Source: Limnothrix sp. BL-A-16 (GTDB taxonomy: Bacteria > Cyanobacteriota > Cyanobacteriia > CACIAM-69d). Taken from it: a stretch of DNA of 15,919 nt. The position numbers and the translations under genes are program-made. The stretch's first letter is position 1. Every line of letters begins with the position of its first letter. The notes beneath the pieces were generated by a model, which did no database searches, was not told the origin of the DNA, and was given only the letters and a program-made list of their open reading frames with translations. Positions 13,490 to 15,919 of this stretch are shown here, piece by piece. The stretch lies in assembly GCA_041937175.2 (NCBI GenBank), contig CP166613.1:1-15919 (forward strand), read 5' to 3'.

Positions 13490-15919
13490 CTATCTCAGGT
13501 CGTAGACTTTCAGGACTTCATCGCCATAGTGGTTAATCACCTTGACCGCGATTTTGCCGGTGCTGGGTTTTGGGAATGGGCGGCTGGTGGTGGAATACAG
13601 CACTTCCCAAGCATCGGGATCGATTTCGGCTTTCAGGGTTTTTTGCAGCTTTTCGTAGGGGCGATCGGCTCCGGTGAAATAGGCGTGGCGAACGTAGAAG
13701 TGTTCTTCGTTGTACCGGGTGTCAATAAACCAAGCCGCAATGTCATCAGTAGTGCTGCTACGGATTTGGCCGGTGGTGGGGTCGTAGATATCCAGCCCCT
13801 TGAGCGTGACGGTGTATTGGCCATCCTCTAGGCGATCGAGCGATAGGTCTGGCTCCCCAAACACCACAAACAAATTGGCGGCGCTGGTCTTTTTCAGCAG
13901 CTCATCATCGAGCATCAGATCGGAGTTGATCCGCGTGATCAGAATTTGGAGATTGCCATAGCGTTTTGACTCTTCCGTGACGCTGGCCTCAAAGGCAAAC
14001 GCACAAACCACCAACATATCGAAACCAAAGCCCTTGACGGCTTCTTTGGCTGCTTGCTTGATATGGTCGCTGCCGACGGTTCCATATTCGGGGCCGATCG
14101 CCACAGCCACGGTTTTGCGATCGCCGTTGCTATCGACATATTCCCCAGTCGCCTGAATCCACTCGCTACCGGCGTAGGGGTCTAGGGTCTCGAACTCTAG
14201 GCGCTCACCCTTTTTGGTGTTTTGCACTCCGGCTTTGCGTAGGTTTTCGATGATCCGAATCTCGAATTGATCGCTGGCTTTAGCTTGGCCGGCTTGCTCG
14301 GATTTCGGACGATCGCCATCGGGATCGAGAACGCGATGGGGTGAAAGGCTTTCAACCGTGAAGGGGCCGGTTACACGCAGCCGCTTTTTATCCTCATAGG
14401 GCTGGTCATAGAGGGTTTCTTGCTCTGCGCGTCGGGCGATCGAGTCGTCGATCTCCTGTTGCCGCTTGCGTCGCAATTCCCACCATTGGGCGTGCTGTTT
14501 TTTGGTAGCAGCAGGCCAGTTTTCTGCTGGCTCGCGGGGAATCTCCCATTCTTGCCAGTTTTGCCCCAGTGTCCGATTCAGTTCATCGCGACAGGGTTCT
14601 AGTTTGGCCTGCCATTTTTCATGGATCGTGTCGATCTCTTCATTGTTGGCGATCGACTTGAGCGTAATGTGGGGAACCGTGCGATAGACAAAACCCTGTT
14701 TGATGTCGTTTTTGGTCTTGTTTGTTGAGACTGGCTGGCCGGTCAAATCAGCGATTTTTGCCAAGCCTTCGGGGGAATCTTTCAGCAGGTAATAGGGATA
14801 TTTAGCGGTCATCAATCGGGTGCGAGCCAATGCCAACGCAACGCGACTGGTATCGATAGCAATCCAACGCCTCCCCCATTGTTCAGCTACATAAGCTGTC
14901 GTTCCTGATCCGTCAGTGGGATCTAAGACTATATCCCCAGGATCAGTTGTCATCAGAATGCAGCGTTTTACTATTTTTTCATTAGTTTGAACAACATAAA
15001 TTTTCTCTCTAGATCCCATCGAATCTAGCCATATATTTGTTTGTGGCGAATACCCAAAGTCAGACATTAATGATTTATAGCGAAGACTCGTCTTCTTTGG
15101 TAAAATTCTATCTGCCATTTTAAGTCTGTTCATTCCAGAAAATGAGGTTTTCCAGCTATTATTCAATGGTGGACAGAACCTCTTTCCATTGATCAAAAAA
15201 TCAAATACTTGAGTCCTGAAAACCCCTCCACTCGTAAGTGGATTAGCAGATTCTTCATTTGCATGTTTTTTTATAAAAACAGGCTTAAATTTCATAAGTT
15301 TAACATTTTTTGCGAAGAACAAAATATAATCACATACTGGTTCTAATGTCGATCCTTTTTGATTTCCTGTTTTCTGAAAAACAATTGTCGATATGAAATT
15401 TTCTCCGCCAAAAACTTCATCCATCAAACAACGAACAAGATGAACATTATCATCACCAATCTGAACAAAACAACTGCCCGATTCTGTTAGTAACTCACGC
15501 GCCACCATCAAGCGATCTCGTAAATAACTGAGATAAGAGTGAATTCCTAGTTCCCATGTATCGCGAAATGCACGAATTTGTTCTGGTTGATGTGTCACGT
15601 CGTTAATTACGCCATCTTTTACATTTGTTTCTTGTATTGAAACCTGCCAATTAGACCCAAACTTAATTCCATAGGGCGGGTCAATATAAATACATTGCAC
15701 CTTGCCCCGCAAATCCTCCTTTTCCGCTAACGAATTCATCACTAACAACGAATCGCCTAAAATCATCCGATTTGACCAATCCGATGCATGGTTATAGAAA
15801 TCCACCCGCGCATCAAAATCCAATCCCCCTTCAAACGTGGTAGCAAATAAATCCAGTTGCGCTGCATTGGGTTCCGGCTCATGCCCTTCCAATTCCCGCC
15901 GAAACTCTTCAATTAAGGC
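13490..15919 (-). CDS. mod: Type III R-M Mod adenine methyltransferase, C-terminal 809 aa (896 aa in total with 1..261)
   Basis: NRMILGDSL, catalytic IYIDPPYG preceding SAM-binding VLDPTDGSGTT (beta-class order), C-terminal KIAVKVINHYGDEV. The frame is open to the window end, so the TTG at 15892 is not the start. Confidence 0.94.
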   Translation of the reverse strand, partial: ALIEEFRRELEGHEPEPNAAQLDLFATTFEGGLDFDARVDFYNHASDWSNRMILGDSLLVMNSLAEKEDLRGKVQCIYIDPPYGIKFGSNWQVSIQETNVKDGVINDVTHQPEQIRAFRDTWELGIHSYLSYLRDRLMVARELLTESGSCFVQIGDDNVHLVRCLMDEVFGGENFISTIVFQKTGNQKGSTLEPVCDYILFFAKNVKLMKFKPVFIKKHANEESANPLTSGGVFRTQVFDFLINGKRFCPPLNNSWKTSFSGMNRLKMADRILPKKTSLRYKSLMSDFGYSPQTNIWLDSMGSREKIYVVQTNEKIVKRCILMTTDPGDIVLDPTDGSGTTAYVAEQWGRRWIAIDTSRVALALARTRLMTAKYPYYLLKDSPEGLAKIADLTGQPVSTNKTKNDIKQGFVYRTVPHITLKSIANNEEIDTIHEKWQAKLEPCRDELNRTLGQNWQEWEIPREPAENWPAATKKQHAQWWELRRKRQQEIDDSIARRAEQETLYDQPYEDKKRLRVTGPFTVESLSPHRVLDPDGDRPKSEQAGQAKASDQFEIRIIENLRKAGVQNTKKGERLEFETLDPYAGSEWIQATGEYVDSNGDRKTVAVAIGPEYGTVGSDHIKQAAKEAVKGFGFDMLVVCAFAFEASVTEESKRYGNLQILITRINSDLMLDDELLKKTSAANLFVVFGEPDLSLDRLEDGQYTVTLKGLDIYDPTTGQIRSSTTDDIAAWFIDTRYNEEHFYVRHAYFTGADRPYEKLQKTLKAEIDPDAWEVLYSTTSRPFPKPSTGKIAVKVINHYGDEVLKVYDLR

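Larger units (their letters stand above)
1..15919. mobile_element. Probable complete circular cyanobacterial plasmid carrying a type III R-M system
   Basis: The Mod reading frame joins seamlessly across the window ends (...VPLYIQEHIHPH | ALIEEFRRELEG...). A large primase-helicase replication gene and several RHH regulators are present, with no housekeeping genes or integrase. HIP1 octamers occur at e.g. 518, 804, 4224, 13477 and 14117. Confidence 0.88.

Noticed and set aside
13313..13831. 172-aa + strand ORF, and 13053..13355 on the - strand
   Set aside because: They overlap mod in antisense or the better supported RHH and HTH frames, and have no recognisable motifs.

Overview
The window appears to be a complete 15,919-bp circular cyanobacterial plasmid (HIP1 GCGATCGC sites are frequent). 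One type III Mod methyltransferase gene starts at 261 (- strand), runs off position 1 after exactly 87 codons and continues in frame from 15919 down to 13490. About 6.5 kb is a res-uma2-mod type III restriction-modification operon. The rest is backbone: a 1272-aa Zn-finger/TOPRIM-like primase-SF2 helicase replication protein, three ribbon-helix-helix (RHH) regulators (one missed by the ORF track) and a small hypothetical operon. A roughly 650-bp non-coding region carries serial hairpins and is a candidate origin or ncRNA. A SWIM Zn-finger gene and a possible OB-fold gene sit behind duplicated ~150-bp promoter/leader cassettes. The best leads are a probable programmed -1 frameshift that extends an RHH repressor with a winged-helix-like domain, a three-promoter regulon with a shared GCTATAC motif, and the strand-polarised hairpin array. 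I see no integrase, relaxase, transposase, ParA or CRISPR array. All family calls come from motif reading, not database searches.
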